Shown one piece after another: positions 28,794-40,590 of a DNA stretch of 64,000 nt. The notes beneath the pieces are model-generated. The model saw nothing but the letters and a program-made list of their open reading frames with translations. It searched no databases and was not told where the DNA came from. Source of the DNA: a virus; the IMG/VR virus record IMGVR_UViG_3300032246_001967, positions 64,325-128,324 of that record; one strand, given 5' to 3'. A program made the translations under genes and the position numbers. Positions within the stretch are counted from its first letter, which is position 1. Every line of letters begins with the position of its first letter.

Positions 28794-29293
28794 TAACTTT
28801 ATTTACAGAAAGAGAAATTAAAAACAAAGTGGGTGAACTTGCCCACAACATTAAAAAAGTTCAACATGAACAACCACCTGTTTTTATTTGTGTTTTAAAC
28901 GGCGCATTTATGTTTTTCACAGATTTAGTGAAACAAGTAGGTGAGTGCCATATAGACTTTATACAGGCAAAATCTTACGAAGGAACGTCACAGGGCGAAA
29001 TTCGTATTTTAAAATCAATAGATATTAATATTGAAGGTAAAGATGTTTATTTAGTAGATGATATCTATGATTCAGGTAATACTATGAATAGATTGATTAA
29101 ACATCTAAATTACCAAAAACCAAAATCAATCACTCCAGTAACTTTATTTAAAAAACATTATTCAAACAATCCAAATTTGATGTATGGTTTTGAATTGAAA
29201 AATGAACATTGGTTAGTAGGATATGGTTTAGATGCGGTTGACGGAACTAAAAGAAACCTTTCACATATACTTGGTTATTTACCTGAAGATTGA
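28790..29293 (+). CDS. hpt: Purine (hypoxanthine/guanine) phosphoribosyltransferase
   Basis: VLNGAFMF, KSY, VYLVDDIYDSGNT, LVGYGLD. Confidence 0.85.
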   Translation: MITLFTEREIKNKVGELAHNIKKVQHEQPPVFICVLNGAFMFFTDLVKQVGECHIDFIQAKSYEGTSQGEIRILKSIDINIEGKDVYLVDDIYDSGNTMNRLIKHLNYQKPKSITPVTLFKKHYSNNPNLMYGFELKNEHWLVGYGLDAVDGTKRNLSHILGYLPED

Positions 29294-29309
29294 TATATTA
29301 AAAAAAGTT

Positions 29310-29999
29310 ATGGATAATAAAACATTTAAATTAGATTTAGAAGTAGTTAAACAAGGATATGCAAATGGAGTTGCTCCTAATTTTCCTTTGACTGAAGAAG
29401 AAAAGTGGGCAATGGTTGATAAAGCAACTGAAGCTTATGGACAGTTTTTAGATGCTTTAGGTTGTGATTGGAGAAACGATCCTAATTCACAAGACACTCC
29501 TCGTAGAGTAGCTAAAGCATATGTGTTTGACTTATGGAAAGGTAGATATGAATCAATGTCTGATATTACAGCTTTCCCATCAGATGGTTATGATGGTATT
29601 GTAATTGAAAGAAATATTCCACTCACATCAATGTGTTCACATCACCACCAAACAATTGGAGGTGTAGTTCATATTGGTTATGTAGTAGGTGAAGGTGGTT
29701 CAGTAATTGGTTTAAGTAAATTAAATCGTATTGTAGAACATTTTGGTCGTAGAGGTGCTATCCAAGAACAATTAACATCAGCAATTCATCAAGCAGTAGA
29801 TAAAATTACTGAAGGTAATCGTGGTGTTATTGTAACTGTAGTTGCCACTCACAACTGTGTAAGTTGTAGAGGTGTTAAACATCAAGGTGCTTCAATGGTT
29901 ACTACAAAAGCATCAGGTGTGTTTTTAGATAATGCTAATTTGTCACGTCAAGAATTTTTTGACAGTATTAAAATTAACAACGGAGGACATCAGATATAA
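29310..29999 (+). CDS. folE: GTP cyclohydrolase I
   Basis: TPRRVAK, SMCSHH, GLSKLNR, QEQLT, HNCVSCRG. Confidence 0.93.
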   Translation: MDNKTFKLDLEVVKQGYANGVAPNFPLTEEEKWAMVDKATEAYGQFLDALGCDWRNDPNSQDTPRRVAKAYVFDLWKGRYESMSDITAFPSDGYDGIVIERNIPLTSMCSHHHQTIGGVVHIGYVVGEGGSVIGLSKLNRIVEHFGRRGAIQEQLTSAIHQAVDKITEGNRGVIVTVVATHNCVSCRGVKHQGASMVTTKASGVFLDNANLSRQEFFDSIKINNGGHQI

Positions 30000-30169
30000 T
30001 GAAGCTAGGTGGTTTTGTTGAGTTATTAATTAAAATAATTACTTTTGGTCAAGGCCACCGAATTGCTTTATTCATAGCTAAAAAAATGGGTTATGATGAT
30101 TGCGGTTGTAGAGCAAGAAAAAACAAGCTAGACTTGTTTTGGGATAAAATATTAAATAAATTAAAATAA
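29999..30169 (+). CDS. Small hypothetical protein with DCGC motif (56 aa, not in ORF track)
   Basis: MKLGGFVE...GYDDCGCRARKNKL; TAATG coupling with folE. Confidence 0.55.
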   Translation: MKLGGFVELLIKIITFGQGHRIALFIAKKMGYDDCGCRARKNKLDLFWDKILNKLK

Positions 30170-30170
30170 T

Positions 30171-30668
30171 ATGTTATTAAATTCAAATCAAATTTCAAAT
30201 CATATCATTGAGTCTGAGTTTTCAAAACGTGCTCAAATTGGTATTGACTTATCAGTTCAAAAAATTGAATGGATTGCAGGAGGTTCTGTAGTATATAAAG
30301 ACAAAACCTATATTAATCCGGGACATTATATTGAACAAAAATTAATTAATATTGATGATAAAGAATGTTGGCGTCTAGAAAAAGGTGTTTATTCAATTAC
30401 CTTTAATGAAGGTATTAATGTACCTAATGATTGTGCTGCTAAAATTACTCACCGTTCATCTTTATACCGTACAGGAACAATTATTGAATCACCTTGGTGG
30501 GATCCAGGTTTTTATTGTGATGTAATGAATTCAACAATGATTGTTAATAATAATATCATTATTGAGAAAAATGCTAGAATTGCTCAAATTGCTTTTTGGC
30601 GTGTTGAAGAAGTAGGAGAGCAATATAATGGTCAATGGCAAGGATTAAACACAGCTTATAAACAATAA
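30171..30668 (+). CDS. Trimeric dUTPase / dCTP deaminase superfamily protein
   Basis: GIDLS, RSSLYRTG, WDPGF, RIAQI, YNGQWQG. Confidence 0.8.
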   Translation: MLLNSNQISNHIIESEFSKRAQIGIDLSVQKIEWIAGGSVVYKDKTYINPGHYIEQKLINIDDKECWRLEKGVYSITFNEGINVPNDCAAKITHRSSLYRTGTIIESPWWDPGFYCDVMNSTMIVNNNIIIEKNARIAQIAFWRVEEVGEQYNGQWQGLNTAYKQ

Positions 30669-30688
30669 CTTTATTATTCATTTTTATT

Positions 30689-30723
30689 AAGGGCTTGGTT
30701 ATCCAAGCCTTTTTTGTTATATT
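30689..30723 (+). terminator. Intrinsic terminator overlapping a TTGG-N19-TATATT promoter
   Basis: GGGCTTGG-ttat-CCAAGCCT followed by TTTTTG. Confidence 0.8.
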
Positions 30724-30729
30724 AACAAT

Positions 30730-33324
30730 ATGTATCAAGCTCTATATTACGATAATGATGAACGACAGTATTATTTAAGGGATGATAGGTGGGATGGTTT
30801 TAAACCTGTTAAATATTGGCCTACATTTTATCAACCTGATGAAGATGGAGAGTATTTAACTTTAGAAGGCACCAGAGTATCACCTGTTAGTAAAATTGAA
30901 AATTGGAGAGACACTAAGTATTTTGAAAAAGACGTAGATAAACTAACTCGTTTTTTAGTAGATCATTATTATGAAACTGATGATACACCTAAATTTCATA
31001 ATATTGTTTATTTAGATATTGAGTGTGTTGTAGCAGGTGCTTTAACTGAAGAAAACATTAAAGATCCTAAAGGTGAAATAACAGCTGTTGCTTTATATGA
31101 TCATAACTCTAAAAAATATTTTTGTTTAGTTTTAGATAAAGATAAAAAAATGTCTAAAGCCGAATCTGAGGATAAAATTATTATGCCTTATCCATCAGAA
31201 AAAGAATTATTAAGTGGGTTTTTAGATAAATGGTATGAACTTGATCCAACTATTATTACAGGTTGGAATAGTGGTTTCTTTGATATACCTTATCTATATT
31301 ACAGAATTAAAAAAGTATTAGGAGAATCATTAGCAAATTCTTTATCTCCAATAGGTAAAATCAAGTTCACACCTCAATTCCCAGAACAACCAGTTAATTT
31401 AGCAGGTATTAATCATCTTGACTATATGCTTTTATTTAAAAAGTATATTATGAAACAAGAACCATCTTATCGTTTAGGTGATATAGGTAAAAAATATGCT
31501 AAATTAGAAAAAATTGAATATCAAGGTTCATTAGATAAATTATTCGCTGAGGATGTAGATAAATTTATTGAGTATAATTTACGTGACGTTGAAATTATTG
31601 TTGAACTTGAAAACCGAATGAAATTTATTGATCTAACAGTTACAATTGGTCATTTATGTCATACGGAATATGAGGCAATTTATTTTTCCACAATGTTAAA
31701 TGAAGGTGCTATTTTAACTTATTTAAAACGTAAAGGAATTGTTTCACCTAACAAACCAACTACTTATAATCCAGCATTAAAAACATTAGAAGAAGAATAT
31801 GCTGGTGGTTATTTAAAAGATCCTGTACCTGGTTTATACGAATGGGTTATTGACTTGGACTTTACATCATTGTATCCATCTATTATTCGTTCTTTAAATA
31901 TGGGTATTGAAACTTTAGTAGGTCGTATTGTAAATAAAGACAAATATGATAATCAATGGTCTCTAAAGGAACTTAAATCAATGAATCCAGATCAAATTAT
32001 CTATATTGAAAAAGTTAAAAAAGATAGAACATTAGTTAGAACTGAAATATCTGTTAAAGAAATTATTAACATTATTGAAAAGAATGATTTGATTGTATCT
32101 GCACCTGGTGTTTTATTTAGAAAAGACAAATCAAGTATCGTTTGTGAAATTTTAGCTGATTGGTTTGCTAAAAGACAAGAATATAAAAAGTTGATGAAAA
32201 AAGCATATAAGGAAGATAACGATCCTGTTATGGGCGCTTTTTATGATAGACGTCAACATGCTTATAAAATTAAATTAAATGACGTTTATGGTGTATTTGC
32301 TATTAATGGTTGGAGATACACAGATGGAAATAAATTTATTAGTAAAGCAATTACTTTAACTGGTCAAAGATTAACTCAAGAATCTATTAAGTTTGTAAAT
32401 AAATGGATGAATAATGAATTAGGTACAGTAGATAAAGACTATATTGTTACTTCTGATACTGACTCACTATTTATTCAATGTAAAGATTTAATTTTATCTC
32501 GTAAACCAGAATTAGCTACTGCTGATCAAGAAACAATTGTTCAAGAAGTATTAAAAGTAGCTACTGAAGTTCAAAAATTAGCAAATGATAATCTACATAT
32601 TTTAGTACAAGAATTATTTAATGTTAAATATCCTAATGAACCTCATTATTTTGAGTTAAAACAAGAAGTTGTACTTGATAGAGGTTATTTTGCAGGTAAG
32701 AGGAGATACGCCCAACATATTGTTAATAAAGAAGGTGTACCTGTAAATGAATTGGATGTTAAAGGTTTGGACCTAATGAAATCAAATTTCCCACCTTTAT
32801 TTAAACAGTTTGGAGAACATATTATTAATGAAATTATGTTTGGTAAACCTAAAGAAGATATGGATAAACAAATCCTTGAATTTAGGAATGAATTAAGAAC
32901 TATTGATTGGAAAAAAATTCTTAAACCAACTGGTCTAAAGAAAATGAGAGAATATATAGCATCACCTCCTAGAGCAGGTGAAGTATTTTCTAAATTAGCT
33001 TTAAAATGTCCTATTAATACTAAAGCAGCTATTTTCTCTAATGATATTTTGAGATTTAGAGGTTTAGATAAAAAATATCCAACGTTCCAAGTAGGTGATA
33101 AAATTTATATAGTATATTTAAAAGACAACCCATATCGAATAGATGTTATGGCTTTAAATGGATACAATGATGCTCCTGAATTATTAGAATTTGCTGAAAA
33201 ATACATTGATAGAGATGGTCTTTTCGACTCAGTTATGAAAAATAAATTAGAATCATTATATTCAGACTTAGGATGGGGTGCAGTAGTGTTAAACCAAAAT
33301 ATAAACAAATTTTTTAAATTTTAA
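30730..33324 (+). CDS. Family B DNA polymerase
   Basis: Exo DIE, GWNS..FD; DFTSLYPS, KIKLNDVYG, SDTDS, KRRY. Confidence 0.95.
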   Translation: MYQALYYDNDERQYYLRDDRWDGFKPVKYWPTFYQPDEDGEYLTLEGTRVSPVSKIENWRDTKYFEKDVDKLTRFLVDHYYETDDTPKFHNIVYLDIECVVAGALTEENIKDPKGEITAVALYDHNSKKYFCLVLDKDKKMSKAESEDKIIMPYPSEKELLSGFLDKWYELDPTIITGWNSGFFDIPYLYYRIKKVLGESLANSLSPIGKIKFTPQFPEQPVNLAGINHLDYMLLFKKYIMKQEPSYRLGDIGKKYAKLEKIEYQGSLDKLFAEDVDKFIEYNLRDVEIIVELENRMKFIDLTVTIGHLCHTEYEAIYFSTMLNEGAILTYLKRKGIVSPNKPTTYNPALKTLEEEYAGGYLKDPVPGLYEWVIDLDFTSLYPSIIRSLNMGIETLVGRIVNKDKYDNQWSLKELKSMNPDQIIYIEKVKKDRTLVRTEISVKEIINIIEKNDLIVSAPGVLFRKDKSSIVCEILADWFAKRQEYKKLMKKAYKEDNDPVMGAFYDRRQHAYKIKLNDVYGVFAINGWRYTDGNKFISKAITLTGQRLTQESIKFVNKWMNNELGTVDKDYIVTSDTDSLFIQCKDLILSRKPELATADQETIVQEVLKVATEVQKLANDNLHILVQELFNVKYPNEPHYFELKQEVVLDRGYFAGKRRYAQHIVNKEGVPVNELDVKGLDLMKSNFPPLFKQFGEHIINEIMFGKPKEDMDKQILEFRNELRTIDWKKILKPTGLKKMREYIASPPRAGEVFSKLALKCPINTKAAIFSNDILRFRGLDKKYPTFQVGDKIYIVYLKDNPYRIDVMALNGYNDAPELLEFAEKYIDRDGLFDSVMKNKLESLYSDLGWGAVVLNQNINKFFKF

Positions 33325-33326
33325 AG

Positions 33327-34067
33327 ATGATAAATAAATTAGACTTAGTAAGTATTATTTCAAAGTATTACCTAAACGGAATGAATGAAGCCGTTAAATG
33401 GGAAATCAAAGATAATAACTTAACAATTAAATTTACCTCTCCAGATAGATCAATGATTGGAGTTGTAACTTATGAAGGATTTGAATTAGAAGATTCAAAT
33501 GTTGGTATCAGTAATACTACTCAATTAAATAAACTATTAGCTATTACAAATGGTTATTTAAATTTAGAATATCATAAACAACATAAAATGATTACTAAAC
33601 TTATTGTAGCTGATAATCAATTCACTCTTAATTATGCTTTAGCTGATACTATGATTATTCCTAAAGCAGGTGAATATATTGGTGATGGTCAATATAATAT
33701 TGAAGCTACATTAGATAACGAAAGTATAAACGCTATAGTTAAAGCCAAATCAGCACTCGCAGATACTGATACAGTTGTATTTAAGCCGTTTATAAACGCT
33801 GATAATGAGTTACAATTAGAAATGTTGTTTGGAGGTAATATTGAACACTCAAATAAAGTATCATTTTATCTTCCAAATATTGAAACTAACAATTTACCTA
33901 AAGATTTTAAAGCACACTACAATTCTAATTTAATTAAAGAGATTATGTATTGTAATAAAGATGTTCCTAATGGTGTGATGGGGATTAATTTAGACGGTGT
34001 TATGAGGTTGTTTTTTGATAGTGGTAAACTTAAAAGTGAGTATTATTTAGTCGCTAAAGAACTTTAA
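33327..34067 (+). CDS. Sliding clamp (gp45-like)
   Basis: 246 aa directly after polB; ends SEYYLV; clamp loader downstream. Confidence 0.65.
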   Translation: MINKLDLVSIISKYYLNGMNEAVKWEIKDNNLTIKFTSPDRSMIGVVTYEGFELEDSNVGISNTTQLNKLLAITNGYLNLEYHKQHKMITKLIVADNQFTLNYALADTMIIPKAGEYIGDGQYNIEATLDNESINAIVKAKSALADTDTVVFKPFINADNELQLEMLFGGNIEHSNKVSFYLPNIETNNLPKDFKAHYNSNLIKEIMYCNKDVPNGVMGINLDGVMRLFFDSGKLKSEYYLVAKEL

Positions 34068-34089
34068 TCTAATATATTTATATCAAATT

Positions 34090-34320
34090 ATGGTTTTCGA
34101 TTTAATTAAGGTTGGTGACAGTTTATATACTGTTGAAAGAAAAATCTCTGAAAGTAAGGGAGTAGATGTAGAAAAATTTAAAGCATCTACTAATTGCACT
34201 AATGTTTTTAGAAAAGACGGGTTACTTTATTTTTGTCGCATTGTAGAAGAAGCACAAATTGTTGAAGATGAACCACTAGAAGAATTACCTGCTCCTGAAG
34301 AAAGTTTGGAAGAACAATAA
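34090..34320 (+). CDS. Hypothetical protein
   Basis: 76 aa after TATTTATA. Confidence 0.55.
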   Translation: MVFDLIKVGDSLYTVERKISESKGVDVEKFKASTNCTNVFRKDGLLYFCRIVEEAQIVEDEPLEELPAPEESLEEQ

Positions 34321-34340
34321 GTTTTTGTTATATTAATGTT

Positions 34341-34628
34341 ATGAGTACTGAAAAAGAATATACCCGGTTTATCAATGATCCTGCTATGGAGCCCTATTTT
34401 ATCTCTATGGATGATAATTGTATGACAGTTAACTTAAAAGTAATGCCTGATTCTCGTTATAGTGATTCTAAAAAAGAATACACTAAAATTATAGGACATT
34501 ACAGCAACTTACCTTCCGCATTAAAATCTATCGCCAAAGATAAAACTAATGGCAAATCCTATGAGTCATTAAGAGAATACATTGACGAATATAATTCAAT
34601 CATTGAAAATTTAAATAAAATAATTTAA
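34341..34628 (+). CDS. Hypothetical protein
   Basis: 95 aa after the 34306 promoter. Confidence 0.55.
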   Translation: MSTEKEYTRFINDPAMEPYFISMDDNCMTVNLKVMPDSRYSDSKKEYTKIIGHYSNLPSALKSIAKDKTNGKSYESLREYIDEYNSIIENLNKII

Positions 34629-34629
34629 T

Positions 34630-36529
<1,900 letters not shown>

Positions 36530-36539
36530 ATTAACGATT

Positions 36540-36728
36540 ATGCAGGACGCAGTAGGTCTTATAGGTAAACAGATTCAAATTGATGAAATCAATTATAGAA
36601 TCAAGGATTTTTATTTTGTACCGGGAACAAATTATTTGTATGTAGGTTTAATGAAGTCTGATTATGTGACTGTTAACTACAGATATGAAGACCTACTGCC
36701 TTACCTGATTAAACAAATTGAGTTATGA
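36540..36728 (+). CDS. Hypothetical protein
   Basis: 62 aa ORF. Confidence 0.45.
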   Translation: MQDAVGLIGKQIQIDEINYRIKDFYFVPGTNYLYVGLMKSDYVTVNYRYEDLLPYLIKQIEL

Positions 36729-36985
36729 GTAAAACAGAAATTCAAGAAAAATTAATTGAAATTGCGATACGTAAGGCACCTGGTGATAATTGGAAAGTAC
36801 ATGGTACTGAAGTAATCCAACATTCATTAACTGATGCTTTAGAAGCTTGGTTCCAATTAGCTACAATTAAACCTAAAGCATTCAGACTAGATTTGGCTTC
36901 AGGTAGACTTTATGCTATATTAACTGAGGAAGTTGAAATCCCAAAACCAGAAGTAAAACGTTATAACATATATGGTGACTACTAA
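36725..36985 (+). CDS. Hypothetical protein
   Basis: 86 aa ORF, ATGA overlap. Confidence 0.55.
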   Translation: MSKTEIQEKLIEIAIRKAPGDNWKVHGTEVIQHSLTDALEAWFQLATIKPKAFRLDLASGRLYAILTEEVEIPKPEVKRYNIYGDY

Positions 36986-37910
36986 AGAACATACTATTTT
37001 CGTAGAAAAATACAGACCTAAAACACTTGACACTTATATCTGTGATGAACAGATTCGTGAAAAAATTCAAGAGTTTATCACTAATCAAGATATTCCTCAT
37101 TTAGGATTTTTTGGATTACAAGGTTCTGGTAAATCTACTTTAGCAAAAATATTAGTTAATAATATTGATTGTGATTTTATCTATCTAAACGCTACTGAAA
37201 ATAGAGGTATGGATGATATTAAAGAAAAAGTAGGTTCGTTTGCTTCAACTCGTAGTTTCAAACCATTAAAGATTGTTATTCTAGATGAATCAACTCATAT
37301 TCTTCAAGCATCACAAGTATTGCTTTTGAATATGATTGAAACTAATAGTTTAACTACTCGTTTTATTCTTACAGGTAACTATCCTGAAAGGTTAATTCCA
37401 CCATTGAGAAGTCGTTTACAAGAATTCAAATTAACTCCTCCATCTAAAAAAATAGTAGCAAAACATGTTTATGAAATTTTAAATAAAGAGGAAGTAGAAT
37501 TTAATATTGAAGATTTAGCCTCTATAGTAAATAGTTCATATCCTGATTTTAGAAAGATTATTAATGATTGTCAAAAATATATTGTAGACAATAAATTAGT
37601 AATTCCTAAAACATTAGGTAAAAATGAAGATGTTCAAAGTAAAATATTAGATGCTTTAAAAAAACCATCTAATAAAACGTTTAATGAAATTAGACAGATT
37701 ATCGCAGATAATGATTTATCTTCGTTTGAAGACGTTTTTAAACACTTATATGAACATATTAATGAGTATGCTGTTGGGTGTGAGGGACAAATAGCAATCA
37801 TCATAAATGAATGCCTATATCAAGCTAATTTTAGAGTTGATTTAGAAATTAACTTCATGTCTGGTATTTCTAAAATAATTGAAGTAATTAAAACTAATAA
37901 AATATTATAA
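36972..37910 (+). CDS. Clamp loader ATPase subunit (RFC/gp44-like)
   Basis: EKYRPK, GLQGSGKS, ILDES, LRSR. Confidence 0.9.
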   Translation: MVTTKEHTIFVEKYRPKTLDTYICDEQIREKIQEFITNQDIPHLGFFGLQGSGKSTLAKILVNNIDCDFIYLNATENRGMDDIKEKVGSFASTRSFKPLKIVILDESTHILQASQVLLLNMIETNSLTTRFILTGNYPERLIPPLRSRLQEFKLTPPSKKIVAKHVYEILNKEEVEFNIEDLASIVNSSYPDFRKIINDCQKYIVDNKLVIPKTLGKNEDVQSKILDALKKPSNKTFNEIRQIIADNDLSSFEDVFKHLYEHINEYAVGCEGQIAIIINECLYQANFRVDLEINFMSGISKIIEVIKTNKIL

Positions 37911-37911
37911 T

Positions 37912-38154
37912 ATGAAAAATAATCAAATGAACCTTAACATCGATTTGTCTAAGACAACATCAGTAGAAACCCCATCAGGAGGTAAAATTTGGAGCCAAGG
38001 AGTTATTCTCCGTAAAGTATCTCGTTTTGTAGTAGGTGCTGATGAAGATGCTCTTATTCCAATTCCAGTATTTTATGATGTTGAAAGTGGAGAAATCTTA
38101 CTTGAAACATTACCTAAGGAATTAAGAAAAGAATACGGCGGTGACAATATTTGA
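37912..38154 (+). CDS. Hypothetical protein
   Basis: 80 aa between the clamp loader genes. Confidence 0.55.
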   Translation: MKNNQMNLNIDLSKTTSVETPSGGKIWSQGVILRKVSRFVVGADEDALIPIPVFYDVESGEILLETLPKELRKEYGGDNI

Positions 38155-38560
38155 TTTTCTTAAAGAAATAACAGGTAAGAAAAAACAATGGTCTTCATTT
38201 AGTGAAGAGGATCAAAAACAATTTAACCCTTATATGGTTCATAGATACATTAGTATGTATGAACCTTATATAGAGGTTGCAAACATTGCTCAACTCCTCC
38301 CTCAAAATGATAAAGAAAAAATATATCAATTTTATTGCAGTATGATACCAAAAAATAACGTATGGTTAAAGTATATTAAAGGTTCTAAGAAAAAACCTAA
38401 TGAAGCTGTATTGAAATATATAGCTGAATATTATACTGTTTCTTTAGGTGAGGCGGAAGATTACATCTATATTTTAAAAGAAGAGGGAGTAGCGAATGTT
38501 TTAGAAAAATTTGGATTAAGTGAAAAAGAAATTAAAAAACTATTAAAAGAAATTAAATGA
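38141..38560 (+). CDS. Clamp loader small subunit (gp62-like)
   Basis: FDFLKEI...FNPYMVHRYIS...WLKY...YY.VS..EA.DY pattern. Confidence 0.7.
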   Translation: MTIFDFLKEITGKKKQWSSFSEEDQKQFNPYMVHRYISMYEPYIEVANIAQLLPQNDKEKIYQFYCSMIPKNNVWLKYIKGSKKKPNEAVLKYIAEYYTVSLGEAEDYIYILKEEGVANVLEKFGLSEKEIKKLLKEIK

Positions 38561-38814
38561 CAAAAAATAGCGACATTTATGGACATCGATTTGATGCTCC
38601 AAGTACTCGAACTATAATCAAAACAGATTCAATTGTTGATTCAGTTATTGATGAACATATTAAACGAGCACAAATGGGTAAAGAAAAATACAATAACACT
38701 TTAGATAGAACAGATCTATCTGTTATTGATTATTTACAACATGCTAAAGAAGAAGCAATGGATTTAGCTTTATACTTAGAAAAAACAATCCAGTTGCTTA
38801 AAGGTAAAAAATAG
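38557..38814 (+). CDS. Small all-alpha protein, possible MazG-like nucleotide pyrophosphatase
   Basis: GKEKY...HAKEEAMDLALY (EExxD). Confidence 0.45.
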   Translation: MTKNSDIYGHRFDAPSTRTIIKTDSIVDSVIDEHIKRAQMGKEKYNNTLDRTDLSVIDYLQHAKEEAMDLALYLEKTIQLLKGKK

Positions 38815-38816
38815 TT

Positions 38817-39785
38817 TTGGGTAAAAAGAAAAAAATACCACCAATTGTAAAACAAATTAAGAAACATACTCTTAAAGAAATCAATTATGCTTTTGAAAAA
38901 GCGATTTCTTACAGTCAGATGTCTATGTTTTTAACTTGTCCTCATAAATGGGCTCTACAATATAGAGACGGTCATTATACATCTGAACAGTCTATCCATA
39001 TGACCTTCGGAACTGCATTACATGAGGCTATACAACATTATATAACAACTATATATGAAGTTAGCGGCGCGGCTGCTGATAGAATTGATATAGAAGAATA
39101 TTTTGAGGAACGTTTTAGGGAAACCTATTTAAAAGATTATAAATCTAATAAAAATGTTCATTTCTCTAATTCGTTTGAAATGAGAGAATTTTTTGAAGAT
39201 GGATTAGCTATTTTAAATTTCATTAAGAAAAAACGAGGTGGTTATTTTGGTAGAAAAGGTTGGCATTTAATAGGATGTGAGGTACCTATTTTATTAAATC
39301 CTCACTCTGAATATAAGAATATTTTATATAAAGGTTATTTGGATGTTGTTTTATATAATGAAACTTATAACGAGTTCATAATTTTAGATATCAAAACCTC
39401 TAAAAAAGGATGGGATGATAAAACTAAAAAAGATGAAAATAAACAACTACAATTAATTTTATATAAAAAATTCTTTAGCCAACAATTTGGAGTACCTGAA
39501 GAAAGCATAAGTGTTAAATTCTTCATAGTAAAAAGAAAAGTATGGGAGGAATCACCTTACCCTATATCCAGGATACAAGAATTTGTTCCTGCAAGCGGTA
39601 AAGTTAAAATGAATAAAGCAACTAATTCAATTAAATCATTTATAGAGGAAGTGTTTAACCATGATGGTTCTCATAAAGATAAATCATTTGAACCAAATCC
39701 TAGTAAATGGAACTGTACTTTTTGTAGCTTTTCAAATAGACCAGATTTATGTCCTAAAGCATACAAAGCATTACCAGCAGGTTAA
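38817..39785 (+). CDS. PD-(D/E)XK exonuclease (RecB/Cas4-like)
   Basis: SYSQ...CP, FGTALH, GYLDVV, LDIKTS, QLILY, CTFC...C. Confidence 0.85.
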   Translation: MGKKKKIPPIVKQIKKHTLKEINYAFEKAISYSQMSMFLTCPHKWALQYRDGHYTSEQSIHMTFGTALHEAIQHYITTIYEVSGAAADRIDIEEYFEERFRETYLKDYKSNKNVHFSNSFEMREFFEDGLAILNFIKKKRGGYFGRKGWHLIGCEVPILLNPHSEYKNILYKGYLDVVLYNETYNEFIILDIKTSKKGWDDKTKKDENKQLQLILYKKFFSQQFGVPEESISVKFFIVKRKVWEESPYPISRIQEFVPASGKVKMNKATNSIKSFIEEVFNHDGSHKDKSFEPNPSKWNCTFCSFSNRPDLCPKAYKALPAG

Positions 39786-39817
39786 CTTATAAGGATAATT
39801 CAATATTTATAATTAGT

Positions 39818-40549
39818 ATGATAGGAATTTATAAAATAATTAATCCTGAAGGTAAAATTTATATAGGTTGTTCTACTGATTTAGATAAAAGAAAATCTAC
39901 ATATTCTTATATGGATTGTAAATCCCAACCTAAATTATATGACTCTTTAAATAATTTTGGATGGGAAAACCATATTTGGAAAGTTATAGAAGAATGTTCT
40001 AAAGAACAATTATTTGATTTGGAAAAATATTATATTAATAAATACAATTCATACAATAATGGTTTAAATTCAAATCTTGGAGGTTATGGAACTATTTACC
40101 ATTCTGAAGAAACTAAATCTAAAATTAGTAAATCTAGAAAAGGTTGGGTACCTTCAAAAGAAAGAGGAGAAAAAATAAGTAATAAAATTAAAGGCAGAAA
40201 ATATACTGAAGAACATAAAAATAAAATAAGTGAAAAAACTAAAGGAAAACCAAAGGGATTTAAAGGTAGAGTATCTCCTAATAAAGGAAATTCTTATTCC
40301 ATAGAAGTAAGAACTAAAATGAGCCAACTTAAATCCTCTACAGTTTTGACAGAAGAAACTAAATTAAAAATGTCTAAAAGTAATTGGAAACGTACTAAAA
40401 TAGAACAATATAGTTTAGAAGGAAAATTTATAAAATTATGGGATTGTATTAGTGATGCTAAAAAATGGTTAGGAAAAGGAGACATTCAAGGATGTCTTAA
40501 AGGAAAACAAAAAACTGCAGGAGGTTTTGTTTGGAAATATATATCTTAG
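39818..40549 (+). CDS. GIY-YIG homing endonuclease with NUMOD domains
   Basis: MIGIYKIINPEGKIYIG; C-terminal AGGFVWKY. Confidence 0.88.
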   Translation: MIGIYKIINPEGKIYIGCSTDLDKRKSTYSYMDCKSQPKLYDSLNNFGWENHIWKVIEECSKEQLFDLEKYYINKYNSYNNGLNSNLGGYGTIYHSEETKSKISKSRKGWVPSKERGEKISNKIKGRKYTEEHKNKISEKTKGKPKGFKGRVSPNKGNSYSIEVRTKMSQLKSSTVLTEETKLKMSKSNWKRTKIEQYSLEGKFIKLWDCISDAKKWLGKGDIQGCLKGKQKTAGGFVWKYIS

Positions 40550-40590
40550 GGAATCTTGATATATTTATATATAACAAAACAATAAAGATT

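Noticed and set aside
22168-29999. Queuosine tRNA modification or folate synthesis as the purpose of the que/folE genes
   Set aside because: No queF, queA, queG or folate genes seen, and the TGT-fold protein lacks the zinc-binding tRNA module; DNA modification is more likely though unproven
12791-33324. Group I introns or inteins in recA, helicase, nrdJ, polB
   Set aside because: ORFs are uninterrupted and of normal length; endonucleases lie outside the genes
38817-39785. Cas4 / CRISPR system
   Set aside because: Stand-alone RecB-like nuclease; no other cas genes and no repeat-spacer array seen
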